Shown here piece after piece: positions 51,265 through 61,350 of a stretch of 64,000 bases of DNA. A model generated the notes under the pieces. It saw only the letters and a program-made list of their open reading frames with translations. It had not been told where the DNA came from and did not search any database. The first letter of the stretch is position 1. The number at the start of each line of letters is the position of its first letter. The position numbers and the translations under genes were made by a program. Source of the stretch: an uncultured Gemmatimonadales bacterium (GTDB taxonomy: Bacteria > Gemmatimonadota > Gemmatimonadetes > Gemmatimonadales > Gemmatimonadaceae); contig CAVPQB010000004.1 of NCBI GenBank assembly GCA_963707505.1, positions 864,001 to 928,000 on the forward strand, given 5' to 3'.

Positions 51265-53004
51265 ATGCTTCAGCCCCTACCCATTCCAACGCAGGCAAAC
51301 GCAGCCGATCGACGTGGCGGCGTGCGTCCGACCCCCTGGTGGCTCGACCTGCTGCTGGTACTGTTCGTGGCATCCATCGCATTCGGGATCGCGCGCGCCG
51401 CAGCGCGGTGGAGCTCACCACTCTCGCCGAATGTGCGAATCGACACGTCGATCTCGCTGCTCCCGATGTACGCGGGACTCTCGACGCTGCGCATGGCCGT
51501 GGCGTATGTGGTGTCGCTCGTATTCAGCCTCGTCTATGCGCGCGCCGCAGCCGCGAGCAGGACGGCCGAGCGCATCATGCTCCCGGTGCTGGACATACTG
51601 CAGAGCATTCCGATTCTGTCGTTCATGCCAGGCATCGTGCTTGGACTCGCTGCCGCTTTCCCGGGTCGTACGCTGGGGCTCGAGCTGGCGGCGATTCTGC
51701 TCATCTTCACGAGCCAGGCGTGGAACCTCGCCTTCAGTTTCCATCAGTCGCTCACGACCATCCCGCGCGAGCTCAACGAGGCCGCCGACGTGTACCGACT
51801 CGGACTCTGGCGCAGGTTCACGCGACTGGAGCTTCCATTCGGCGCGATCGCGCTGATCCAGAACAGCATGATGAGCTGGGCGGGAGGCTGGTTCTTTCTC
51901 ATGGCGTCGGAGCAATTCGTGCTCGGCGCCAACAACCTTCGTCTCCCGGGGCTCGGTTCGTATCTCGCGGCAGCCTCGGAGGCGCGCGACACCCGGGCAA
52001 TCATATGGGGAATCGTCGCCCTCGTTACGGTGATCGTACTGCTGGATCAGATACTGTGGCGCCCGTTGGTTGCGTGGTCCGACAAGTTCAAGTTCGAGCA
52101 ATCCGGCGGTGACGCTTCGGAATCGTGGATGCTGGATCTGCTGCGTAATTCGGCGCTCGTCGCGTGGCTGCACGATCATACGGTTGCTCCGTTGGAGAAA
52201 TCGCTGGATCGGCCGCGTGAGCCCCGCCACCGCTCGATTCCGATCGTTCCGCGATGGATACGCGTGCTGGGAGGATTGCTTCTCGGCCTGGCCGCGGTAG
52301 CGATCGTCATCTGGGGTGGTCTCGCTGCGTTCCACGCGGTGTCCGGTCTCACTGGAAGAACATGGTGGACGATACTTGTCGCCACGCTCGCGACGTTCGG
52401 TCGCACGCTCGCGGCGTTGATCATCGCGACGGCGTGGACGGTACCATTCGGTGTCGCCGTCGGGATGAGTCCCAAATGGTCGCGCAGGTTGCAACCGGTG
52501 GTGCAGGTGATCGCGTCAATTCCGGCAACTGCGCTGTTCTCTGTTCTTCTACTCATACTGCTCTCACTTCCGGGCGGCCTCAACATCGCCGCCATCGCCC
52601 TGATGGTGCTCGGCACACAATGGTATGTTCTATTCAATGTGATTGCTGGAGCAATGGCGATCCCATCCGATCTCAAGGAGGCGGCAGGTGTGTATGGACT
52701 CACGGGCTGGCGCCGATGGAAGTTGCTCATCATACCGGCGATCTTTCCGTATCTCGTTACAGGATTGATCACCGCGACCGGTGGCGCGTGGAATGCGAGT
52801 ATCGTCTCGGAGTACGTGATATTTGCGGGCCACAAGATAAGCACCGTCGGATTGGGCGCGTTGATCGCCGAAGCCGCTGACGCGCAGAATTTTCCGCTGC
52901 TGCTGGCTTCGACGCTCGTCATGGCGGCGGTCGTGATACTTGGGAATAGACTTGTGTGGCGCAGGTTGTATCGCATCGCACAATCGCGTTATCGTCTGGA
53001 ATGA
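51265..53004 (+). CDS. ABC transporter permease (NitT/TauT family, duplicated domain)
   Basis: LDILQSIPILSF, SWAGGWFFL..SE, QWYVLFNVIAG, GGAWNASIV.E. Confidence 0.92.
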   Translation: MLQPLPIPTQANAADRRGGVRPTPWWLDLLLVLFVASIAFGIARAAARWSSPLSPNVRIDTSISLLPMYAGLSTLRMAVAYVVSLVFSLVYARAAAASRTAERIMLPVLDILQSIPILSFMPGIVLGLAAAFPGRTLGLELAAILLIFTSQAWNLAFSFHQSLTTIPRELNEAADVYRLGLWRRFTRLELPFGAIALIQNSMMSWAGGWFFLMASEQFVLGANNLRLPGLGSYLAAASEARDTRAIIWGIVALVTVIVLLDQILWRPLVAWSDKFKFEQSGGDASESWMLDLLRNSALVAWLHDHTVAPLEKSLDRPREPRHRSIPIVPRWIRVLGGLLLGLAAVAIVIWGGLAAFHAVSGLTGRTWWTILVATLATFGRTLAALIIATAWTVPFGVAVGMSPKWSRRLQPVVQVIASIPATALFSVLLLILLSLPGGLNIAAIALMVLGTQWYVLFNVIAGAMAIPSDLKEAAGVYGLTGWRRWKLLIIPAIFPYLVTGLITATGGAWNASIVSEYVIFAGHKISTVGLGALIAEAADAQNFPLLLASTLVMAAVVILGNRLVWRRLYRIAQSRYRLE

Positions 53005-53014
53005 GGCAAGCACC

Positions 53015-54430
53015 ATGACAACGGCCATATCTGCACCACCGGCGAACGAGCGCGGCGCCGTCATACTCGAAGCGCGTGCCGTGGACAAGTATTACGGTGA
53101 CGACCGCACACCCGTGCTGGATCATGTCAGCGTTGCGTTGCACGCTGGCGAATTCGTCGCGTTGCTCGGTCCGTCGGGATCCGGCAAATCGACGTTGCTG
53201 CGATTGCTCTCCGGCCTGATGCCGCCGTCGTCGGGTCGCGTTCTGTCTCATGGTGAGGATCTCACCGGAATCAATCCGAACGTTGCGATCGTGTTCCAGA
53301 GTTTTGCGTTGTTTCCGTGGCTCACCGTCCTGCAGAATGTTGAGCTCGGTCTGCTCGCCGCGGGCGTCCCGTCAGAGCAACGCCGGGAACGCGCGGTCGC
53401 CGCGATCGACCTCATCGGACTCGACGGTTACGAGGAAGCGTTCCCGAAAGAGCTTTCCGGCGGCATGAAGCAGCGCGTCGGCTTCGCCCGCGCGCTGGTG
53501 GTGCAACCGGAAGTGCTTTTCATGGACGAGCCGTTCTCCGCGCTCGACGTGTTGACTGGTGAGACGCTGCGCGCCGAGCTGCAGGAGCTCTGGAACTCTC
53601 GGTCGATGCCGACCAAGGCAGTCCTGCTTGTCACGCACAACATCGAGGAAGCGGTGACGCTCGCCGATCGCATTCTCGTGTTCGGCGCGAATCCGGGACA
53701 CATTCGGATCGAGCTCCCGGGATTACCGGCGCACGAGCGCGCGCATCACGGACCCGCACGACAGCATCTCGTCGACGCGATCTACCGCGTGATGACCAAC
53801 CCGGGTGAGGACGCATCGACGCTCGTCGGCCGCCCGAGTGCTCCGACACGGCCCGAGCGTCCGCGGCGCTATCAGGTGTTGCCGGACGTTGGAATCGACG
53901 ATCTCACGGGATTCGTGCAGTACCTGTCGACAATGGGCGGCCGTGCCAATGTGCACGATCTTGCGCGCGATCTACAGCTCCGCAGCGACGACGTACTCGC
54001 CATCGTCGAAGCCAGCGACCTGCTCGGCTTTGCCGATCTCCAGGATCGCGCAGTCGTCATCACACAACCGGGAATCGAGTTCGCCGACGCCGATCTCGAC
54101 ATCGAGAAGGCGATGTTCCGGCGTTATGCCCTGGCTCACGTGTCGCTGCTGCGACATATAGTGCGAGAGCTGGACGCCTCTCCATCCGGTACGCTCGACT
54201 CCGACCGCCTCATGGAGGAGCTGGAGGAAGCGTTCTCCGGTGGCGAGGCGCGTCGTCAGTTCGAGACGGTCGTCGACTGGGGTCGATACGCCGAGTTGTT
54301 CTCTTACGACGATGCGAGCGGCGAGCTGCGGCTGGATCCAGAGACCGGAGTCGGAGCTGCCGATGCGCTGCGTGAAGCGATGACAGCGGACGGCTCAGCG
54401 ACCTGGTCGGTGGAAGGGGACGAGAGCTAG
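53015..54430 (+). CDS. ABC ATP-binding protein (NitT/TauT family) with C-terminal AAA-associated domain
   Basis: GPSGSGKS, LSGGM, MDEPF, VTHN; C-terminal WGRYAELF.YD. Confidence 0.93.
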   Translation: MTTAISAPPANERGAVILEARAVDKYYGDDRTPVLDHVSVALHAGEFVALLGPSGSGKSTLLRLLSGLMPPSSGRVLSHGEDLTGINPNVAIVFQSFALFPWLTVLQNVELGLLAAGVPSEQRRERAVAAIDLIGLDGYEEAFPKELSGGMKQRVGFARALVVQPEVLFMDEPFSALDVLTGETLRAELQELWNSRSMPTKAVLLVTHNIEEAVTLADRILVFGANPGHIRIELPGLPAHERAHHGPARQHLVDAIYRVMTNPGEDASTLVGRPSAPTRPERPRRYQVLPDVGIDDLTGFVQYLSTMGGRANVHDLARDLQLRSDDVLAIVEASDLLGFADLQDRAVVITQPGIEFADADLDIEKAMFRRYALAHVSLLRHIVRELDASPSGTLDSDRLMEELEEAFSGGEARRQFETVVDWGRYAELFSYDDASGELRLDPETGVGAADALREAMTADGSATWSVEGDES

Positions 54431-54459
54431 ACGGAGGCGGTAAGAGCTGTTAAAAAGGT

Positions 54460-54573
54460 CGTCGTTGCCGCGAAAGCGGGAATCCATCCGTTGCCGACCA
54501 GCTGTTGGGGCGACGCATGCGTCGCCCCTGCTACAGATCGATCACATGGATTCCCGCTTTCGCGGGCATGACG
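54460..54573. repeat. Composite REP-like palindromic element
   Basis: Outer inverted arms (..CCGCGAAAGCGGGAATCCAT / ATGGATTCCCGCTTTCGCGG..) enclose an inner palindrome GTTGGGGCGACGCATGCGTCGCCCCTGC (54504-54531). Confidence 0.85.
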
Positions 54574-54590
54574 ATACGGCGGTGCGCCGC

Positions 54591-55067
54591 CTACTTCCTT
54601 ATCGCCCCACAAACCGCCGCGTACGCCTTTCCGGCGCTGCTTCCCGGCGCCCGTTTTGCCCAGTCGATCTGCGCGAGCTGCGAGTCCGGCGTATCGTAGC
54701 CAGCGACTGGCTTGCCATTGGCGTCATATGTTTGCGCCGAAATCGGCTTTATTCCCTGCGTGGTGCAGTCGATCATCTTACGGTCGACCATCATGCGGTA
54801 GGCGTGCCTGGTGCCGATCATCTGGTTCGTCGGGTATTGCCAGCGGAGCCGTACGCGATAGGTGCCGTCGGGAGCGCGCTTGGTCTGGGTCGTGTCGAGC
54901 GCGACTTTTACCGTGGCGTCGCTGTAGACGCTGCGCCACGCGCCGGATGGCCCCGAGCTGGTGGTCCTTGCCTTCGCTGTCGTGTGCCGTGCCGCCTTCT
55001 GGGCACCGGCTGGAACGGCCAATACTGCCACGGCGAGCAGCGCCGGAATGAGTTTGCTATGCACCAA
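54591..55067 (-). CDS. Secreted protein (surface-adhesin E-like)
   Basis: Signal peptide; W..V..D..V.VALD, IDC, YD.NG, PGS....A..VC pattern. Confidence 0.65.
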   Translation of the reverse strand: MVHSKLIPALLAVAVLAVPAGAQKAARHTTAKARTTSSGPSGAWRSVYSDATVKVALDTTQTKRAPDGTYRVRLRWQYPTNQMIGTRHAYRMMVDRKMIDCTTQGIKPISAQTYDANGKPVAGYDTPDSQLAQIDWAKRAPGSSAGKAYAAVCGAIRK

Positions 55068-55073
55068 CTGACC

Positions 55074-56447
55074 TCACTGGTTTGGAATGGGTTCTGACCC
55101 CAAAGCTTGGAGCACTCCTTGTGCCGCTCTCAATCCGGTGGCCAGTGCCCCTTCGACCGTGCCACTGTAACCTTCCGTATTCGTGGCCTCTCCGGAAAAG
55201 AAAACCGTCTGTTCGACGGGCCTCGAAAGCTTCCTCGCTGAACCGCTGCCGCCGACGACTGCATAGCTGTAGGCTCCGCGCGAGAACGGATCGCGCTCCC
55301 AGTTATGCATCCAGCTTCCGATCACCAGACCGGCCAGGCGCTCGTAAGTCGTACCGAGGTGCGCCGCCAGATCGTGCAACGCCATTCGCTCGATTTCCGC
55401 GTCTGGAAGGGCGCACAGCGCTGCCGCTGGCGGACCGCCGACCCAACCGACGAGAATCGGCGCGCGCACTGGAAACTGCGTCCACCAGACCGGAAAGTTC
55501 GCCCCCGGGCTGTGAAGGAAGCTGAGCGACATCAGCCCGCTACCACCGTGCCTGGGCGCGTTCCGCAGGCCCATTTCCCAGAAGCGCTCGCTGAATGCGA
55601 AAACGGTTCGGAGTGCGCTCCCCATTGTCAGACCATTCACCGCAGCCGTCACCGCGGGAATTTCGGGTTCGAACGCGATCGCGCCAGGCGCCGGTTGTGC
55701 GGCCTGCAACACGCCGATGGGCACCGTGACTATCACTGTCCGCCCGGAAACCGTACGAAGCTCGCCAGCGGCGTTCCTGCAGCTCACGACGACGTTTCCG
55801 CGCTCCCACTCGACTCTCGTCACCACGGTATTGAGCTCGATCGCGTCATAGACGTCACGCGCCAGCCAGGCCGCCACACGATCGTAACCGTCGACAACGC
55901 GCCCGGTGCGTTCATCCTCAGGGCTCGCGGCAGGGTCGCCACCCTTCGCGAGCCAACGCTCGCTCACGAGTGATATGTCGGCTGCGTGAAATCCCTGGAC
56001 GAATTCGATCGCACTACTGCGCGCACGGGCGTCTTTTGGCTTTCGCTTGCGTGCCGCGCGCTCCGCAAGGTAGTCCCTGAAGCTCCGGTCCGGTGTGCGG
56101 TGCTCGTCGAGCTTCCGGAGCACTTTTTCGATCCGCTTCCAGAAATCGACCTGTCTGAAATCTCCTTCGCGCGCTTGCCAGTGCTCGCCCACCACGTCGA
56201 ATGCCGTCAACCCTGCGGCGTCGATTATCGTATCTGTGTTGGGAGTGGCGCCGTGTAAAAATTCGGCACCAAGCTCGATTGGAACTACCACTGAAGGGTC
56301 GCGGTATGTGAAGATTCGGCCACCGACGCGGCCGCGCGCCTCCAGAACGACGACGCTACGCCCGTTTGCGCGCAGCTCCTTAGCCGCGGCGAGACCAGCC
56401 GCACCCGCACCAATTATTATCGCGTCGAATACGTCAGCCTGATCCAT
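55074..56447 (-). CDS. Flavin monoamine oxidase family protein
   Basis: IIGAGAAGL, LEARGRVGGR, ELGAEFLHG, W..DPFSRGAYS, FSGEAT, GTVEGAL. Confidence 0.92.
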   Translation of the reverse strand: MDQADVFDAIIIGAGAAGLAAAKELRANGRSVVVLEARGRVGGRIFTYRDPSVVVPIELGAEFLHGATPNTDTIIDAAGLTAFDVVGEHWQAREGDFRQVDFWKRIEKVLRKLDEHRTPDRSFRDYLAERAARKRKPKDARARSSAIEFVQGFHAADISLVSERWLAKGGDPAASPEDERTGRVVDGYDRVAAWLARDVYDAIELNTVVTRVEWERGNVVVSCRNAAGELRTVSGRTVIVTVPIGVLQAAQPAPGAIAFEPEIPAVTAAVNGLTMGSALRTVFAFSERFWEMGLRNAPRHGGSGLMSLSFLHSPGANFPVWWTQFPVRAPILVGWVGGPPAAALCALPDAEIERMALHDLAAHLGTTYERLAGLVIGSWMHNWERDPFSRGAYSYAVVGGSGSARKLSRPVEQTVFFSGEATNTEGYSGTVEGALATGLRAAQGVLQALGSEPIPNQ

Positions 56448-56477
56448 TCGGACTGAATTATACACGGCAATTCCCAT

Positions 56478-57089
56478 ATGCAACGCTTTGTATCCAGATC
56501 ACTGTCCCGGAATGCCGCGGCCCTGCTTGCCGCGAGCTGCTTCGTCACGCTGGCGACCGGCTGCAGGCCTGCGTCGTTTCACGGTACCAGCTACGAGCCG
56601 CCGGAAGTCGCCCCGTCGGTCGTGCTGCAACGGACCAACGGCGCCAAATTCTCGCTCGCCGCGCAACGGGGCTCGGTGGTGCTCCTGTACTTTGGCTACA
56701 CGCACTGTCCGGACGTCTGCCCCACGACGCTCTCCGACTGGAAGCGCGTCAAGGCCACCCTCGGCCGCGACGCATCGCGCGTGCGTTTCGTTTTTATCTC
56801 GGTAGATCCGGATCGCGACGATCCGGCCACATTGCAAAATTACGTGTCCCGTTTCGATCCGGAATTCATTGGCGCGACCGCCGATTCCGCGACACTCGCG
56901 GGAATCGAGCGCTCCTTTCACGTCAATTCATCACGCGAGGAATCCACATCCGCGGGCGGCTACTCGGTGACGCATCCTTCGCAGACATTCGTCGTGGATA
57001 AGAGCGGCAATCTTCGCCTGCTCTACTCTTTCGGAATGCAGACGAGCGATATCGTTTCGGACATTCGCCAGCTGCTGCGCGGCGCATGA
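56478..57089 (+). CDS. SCO1/SenC copper chaperone lipoprotein
   Basis: FGYTHCPDVCP, SVDPDRD, YSVTH. Confidence 0.93.
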   Translation: MQRFVSRSLSRNAAALLAASCFVTLATGCRPASFHGTSYEPPEVAPSVVLQRTNGAKFSLAAQRGSVVLLYFGYTHCPDVCPTTLSDWKRVKATLGRDASRVRFVFISVDPDRDDPATLQNYVSRFDPEFIGATADSATLAGIERSFHVNSSREESTSAGGYSVTHPSQTFVVDKSGNLRLLYSFGMQTSDIVSDIRQLLRGA

Positions 57090-57532
57090 GGGTGTCGGTT
57101 GTGCGGGCGCTCGCATTGATGTTTACGCTCCCTGGATTCGCCGCATGCCATCGCGAAGCAGCGATCTCGGCAACGACTTTCGAGCTTCATGACGCATGGA
57201 TTCGCGCGACACCGGATTCAGGTTCGACCACAGCCGCTTACATCCGATTCGTCAACGGCACCGCGGATACGGTCTGGGTGTCGCGCTTCTCGTCCGACGA
57301 TGCAAACAGGGTGGAGCTGCATCAATCATCCGACATCGCGGGCGAGATGCACATGACGATGCACGATTCACTCGCCGTAGCGCCGAATCATACCATAACG
57401 ATGCGCCCGGGCGGCTATCATCTGATGCTGATCGGCGTGACGCACGCACTCGTGCCGGGTACGATGGTGCGAATCGTGATGCATCTCTCGAACGGTGCTG
57501 TAGTCTCTACATCCGCGAGAGTCAAATCCTGA
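57086..57532 (+). CDS. Copper chaperone PCu(A)C
   Basis: AWIR, VELH, M.M, PGGYHLMLIG. Confidence 0.92.
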   Translation: MRVSVVRALALMFTLPGFAACHREAAISATTFELHDAWIRATPDSGSTTAAYIRFVNGTADTVWVSRFSSDDANRVELHQSSDIAGEMHMTMHDSLAVAPNHTITMRPGGYHLMLIGVTHALVPGTMVRIVMHLSNGAVVSTSARVKS

Positions 57533-57573
57533 GCGAAACCATCACGCACTGACGGATCCGTCCGGACCGCCGG

Positions 57574-59484
57574 TCAGATCTCCAGCTGCGCGCCGAGCTC
57601 CACCACGCGATTCGGCGGAAGGCCAAAGAAAGCTGTAGCCGGCAGCGAATTTCGCGCCATGAATGCGTAAAGTTTCTTGCGCCACCGGGCGAGCTTCGTG
57701 CTTCCGATTGGAAGCAGCTGCTCGCGACCGAGATAGTAGGTGGTCTCCATGCGCTGCGCACGCAGCCCGAACGCGCGCGCGGATGCAAGCAGTCGTTGTG
57801 CATCTGGCGCTTCCATGAACCCGTACTGTGCGATCACGCGCCAGAAGCCGAGTGGCAGCTTGGTCACGGTCATTCGCTCGCCGTCGATCACCTCGGGTAT
57901 CTCCTTCACCTGTATCGTGAGCAGGATCACCTCTTCGTGCAGCACCTTGTTGTGCTTGAGATGATGCAACAGCACCATCGGCGCACCGCTCGAGTCAGCA
58001 GTCATGAAGACCGCCGTGCCCGGGACACGCACGACATGATTCTCTGCCAGGCTCTTCAACAGCGCATCGAGCGGGAGACTCGCGTTACGCAGCAACGCGC
58101 GCGTGATTCTGCGACCCGAATGCCACGTCGTCATGAGCGTGAAGATCGCGCCCGCGATCGCGAGCGGCACCCAGCCACCCGATTCGATCTTGACCATATT
58201 CGAGGCGGCGAATCCGAGATCGATGATCAGGAAAAAGGCGGCGAACGATATGTACTGCCACGGCTTCCAATTCCACTTCATCTGCGCTAGCTGGGTGAAC
58301 AGCAGCGTAGTGATTACCATCGTGCCGGTCACGGCTATGCCGTAGGCAGCACTGAGAGCCGCGGACGAGCCGAAGCCCAGCACCATTATGACGCAACCGA
58401 TCATCAGCGCGTGATTCACTTCCGGCACGTAGATCTGACCTGCTTCCTCGCCCGACGTGTGGATGACGTTGAAACGGGGGCTGTATCCGAGCTGCACGCA
58501 CTGGTGCGTGAGCGAGAACGCGCCGGTGATGAGAGCCTGTGATGCGATGACGGCGGCGATGGTGGCGAGCGCAATCAATGGATACAGCATCGCGTGTGGC
58601 GCGAGTGCGAAGAATGGATTCTCGACGCTCGGCGGATTTTCGAGTACGATTGCGCCCTGGCCGAAGTAGTTCAGCGCCAGAGACGGAAGTACCAGTGCGA
58701 ACCATGCGATGCGGATCGAACGCCGCCCGAAGTGCCCCATGTCGGCGTAGAGCGCTTCCGTACCGGTGACGGCGAGCACAACCGCGCCAAGTAGAAGGAA
58801 CGCGGTACGGCCGTCGTTCAGAAACAGCTGCACACCGTACATCGGACTTATCGCGAGGAGAATGTGCGGGTGTTGCATGATCGAGGAGGCGCCAAGCACG
58901 CCGATCGTGCCGAACCAGAGCAGCATCACCGGGCCGAACACCCATCCGATGTTGGCGGTTCCATGTTTCTGGACCAGAAACAGCAGAACGAGGATGATTA
59001 CCGAGAGGGGTACTACGAGGTGGCTGAGCGTCGGTGTAACTACCTCGAGTCCCTCGACTGCGCTCAGCACGGTGATCGCAGGGGTGATCACGCCGTCGCC
59101 GTAGAGCAGGGCAGCGCCGATCAGTCCCGTCATGACGAGAATGACGCGCCATCGTTTGGACAATCGCTCGCGCTGCTGCAGGATGAGCGCGAGAAGCGCA
59201 AGAATTCCGCCTTCACCGCGATTGTCGGCTCGCATGATGAAAACGATGTACTTGATGCTCACCGTGAGGATGAGCGCCCACAATATGAGCGACACGACGC
59301 CGTATACGTTGTCTGGAGTCCGTGCCAGCCCGTATTCCGCCCGGAACGACTCACGGAACGCATACAGCGGACTCGTACCGATGTCGCCGAAGACGACGCC
59401 AAGCGCGAGCAGCGAGAGCTTGCCCAGTCTGCGCCCGGTCGGCTCTTCTACAGGTGGCCGTTCCGAGATTGCCGGGGCCGACAC
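57574..59484 (-). CDS. kup: Potassium transporter Kup
   Basis: GVVFGDIGTSPLY, GDGVITPAI, EALYADMGHF, RVVELG. Confidence 0.96.
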   Translation of the reverse strand: MSAPAISERPPVEEPTGRRLGKLSLLALGVVFGDIGTSPLYAFRESFRAEYGLARTPDNVYGVVSLILWALILTVSIKYIVFIMRADNRGEGGILALLALILQQRERLSKRWRVILVMTGLIGAALLYGDGVITPAITVLSAVEGLEVVTPTLSHLVVPLSVIILVLLFLVQKHGTANIGWVFGPVMLLWFGTIGVLGASSIMQHPHILLAISPMYGVQLFLNDGRTAFLLLGAVVLAVTGTEALYADMGHFGRRSIRIAWFALVLPSLALNYFGQGAIVLENPPSVENPFFALAPHAMLYPLIALATIAAVIASQALITGAFSLTHQCVQLGYSPRFNVIHTSGEEAGQIYVPEVNHALMIGCVIMVLGFGSSAALSAAYGIAVTGTMVITTLLFTQLAQMKWNWKPWQYISFAAFFLIIDLGFAASNMVKIESGGWVPLAIAGAIFTLMTTWHSGRRITRALLRNASLPLDALLKSLAENHVVRVPGTAVFMTADSSGAPMVLLHHLKHNKVLHEEVILLTIQVKEIPEVIDGERMTVTKLPLGFWRVIAQYGFMEAPDAQRLLASARAFGLRAQRMETTYYLGREQLLPIGSTKLARWRKKLYAFMARNSLPATAFFGLPPNRVVELGAQLEI

Positions 59485-59727
59485 TAGGCCTTGATCCTCA
59501 TGGCCAGCAATCGGTCACCGAATATAGGTAGTGCTCGCGTGAGCGAAGAGTGCATAACTAACTAAAAGGAAGCCGGCGACTTTGCCGGCCGTCGCTGCCC
59601 TGGCAACCGCCAACGCAACCGGAGAAACATATAGCAAGGGGCCGGCCGATTGGCCGTTCCGCGCGAATCGGGTGCAACCTACTCAGTTTCGGCACCTGGA
59701 GGTGGGGCGGGCTATCAATTCACACGC

Positions 59728-59773
59728 CTTTGTGATATAAAGTACTTGACTGTGCCGTGGACTCTGCTAGAAT
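59728..59773 (+). promoter_or_regulatory. sigma70-type promoter with an upstream palindromic operator
   Basis: TTGACT (59746) - 16 nt - TAGAAT (59768) with extended -10 TG; CTTTGTGATATAAAG palindrome just upstream. Confidence 0.6.
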
Positions 59774-59855
59774 ACCGAGAGATGGCCGGCCCGGACCGCG
59801 GACGGTCGTCAACTCAGCGCTGAAGACAATCGGGCGGTCACCCATCACACTCCTC

Positions 59856-61328
59856 ATGCGAATCGGCCTTCTCTGGACCCTCGCCGCGATTGCGGGCGCG
59901 CTCGGCGCCATCGTGCTCTTCGACGCCCGCCCCGGAATCAACTGGGGTCTGTGGACCGCGGTGACGATTGCCGGCCTGCTGATCTATCGACGACCGGATC
60001 ACCAGACGCTCCAAACACTCGCACTGCCACTCGGCTTTGCGGCCATACTCGCCGCTGGCGCCGCGGTCACCACGACTCCAATGCTCCTGCTCGCGATCGT
60101 CGCCATCGTTGCATCGCTGATGGCTCTTGCTGTCCTCCTGGCCAACGAGCACACTGCCACGAACGATTACGGGCCGATTGACATCATTACGGCGCCGATT
60201 CGCGCCCTGGCGAATACCATACGCAGCGCGGGCTCGGTCGTCGTCCTGACCGTTGATTCGCTTGGCTCGACACGAGAGCGCCCTGTATTGCGGGGCGCTC
60301 TGATTGCGACGCCCGTTGTATTCGTGCTCGCTCTTCTGTTCGCAACCGCTGATCCGCTTCTCGCACAAGTTCGCGATGCCATCGACAACTTCTTCAGTAG
60401 CTGGAATGGGACGCCGCGCATCGTATTCGGAATATTGATCGCACTATTCGTATCGGGAGCGTACGCGGCGACTCGCGCGATACGCTCCTTGTTTGTGCGC
60501 GATGCACCGTCGCCGGCCACCGGCACCGTCACAATTGGATTGACGGAGCGACGCATCGTACTCGGCGCGGCGGCTGCGGTATCGTGGCTGTTCGTCCTGT
60601 TGCAACTCAGCTATTTATTTGGAGCATCGCCAGCGATCGCTGGCTCAGGTGTGACTTTCGCGGAGTATGCGCACCGCGGCTTTGGTGAGTTGACCATTGC
60701 GGCGACGATCGCAGCGCTTCTGATCGTCGCTGCGCACAGGAACGTGGACATCGGTAAGGACAGGCAGATGCGAGCCGCGATTACGTGGCCGGCGCTGGTG
60801 CTTCTGGCGGCCATCGTGTGCATCCTCGTCTCCGCGTTCCACCGCATCATGCTCTATGAAGATGCGTACGGCTACACGACAATGCGTGTGTATGCGCAGG
60901 CGTACATGCTTCTCGCGCTTGCGATCCTGTTCGTGCTTGCGTGGCACGTGTGGCGGATATTCGACGTGCGCGCGCTCGCGCGACAGATAATGACTGTAGC
61001 TCTCGTGACACTGGTATTTCTGGTTTTCTGGAACGGAGATGCATGGGTCGCGCAGGCCAACCTCGATCGATACGTGCGCATCGGCAAGATCGACATCCCA
61101 TATTTGACCCACGGCCTTTCACTGGACGCGTATCCCACGCTGGTTCAGGCACTTCCGAATGTCCGGCAGCCCGAGCGCGCACAACTTGCTACCGCCCTCG
61201 CGCAGGAATACACGCGTCGCCGCGAGCCACGTCCGACTACGCGATGGTACGAGTGGAACCTGAGGCGAGAGCGCGCCATGACCTTCGTCGTGGTCAGCCA
61301 ACCCGCGAATATTCTGCCGCCGTTATAG
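59856..61328 (+). CDS. DUF4153/DUF4173 family membrane protein
   Basis: LF.TADP, QLSYLFG, FAEYAHRGFGEL, R..LYE.AYG.T.MR, L..DAYP. Confidence 0.85.
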   Translation: MRIGLLWTLAAIAGALGAIVLFDARPGINWGLWTAVTIAGLLIYRRPDHQTLQTLALPLGFAAILAAGAAVTTTPMLLLAIVAIVASLMALAVLLANEHTATNDYGPIDIITAPIRALANTIRSAGSVVVLTVDSLGSTRERPVLRGALIATPVVFVLALLFATADPLLAQVRDAIDNFFSSWNGTPRIVFGILIALFVSGAYAATRAIRSLFVRDAPSPATGTVTIGLTERRIVLGAAAAVSWLFVLLQLSYLFGASPAIAGSGVTFAEYAHRGFGELTIAATIAALLIVAAHRNVDIGKDRQMRAAITWPALVLLAAIVCILVSAFHRIMLYEDAYGYTTMRVYAQAYMLLALAILFVLAWHVWRIFDVRALARQIMTVALVTLVFLVFWNGDAWVAQANLDRYVRIGKIDIPYLTHGLSLDAYPTLVQALPNVRQPERAQLATALAQEYTRRREPRPTTRWYEWNLRRERAMTFVVVSQPANILPPL

Positions 61329-61350
61329 TTTTCGGTCTGGAGGAGTTCAG

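Noticed and set aside
59485..59720. c-di-AMP (ydaO) riboswitch upstream of kup
   Set aside because: I could not find its conserved elements by eye here or upstream of kdp; an Rfam scan would settle it.
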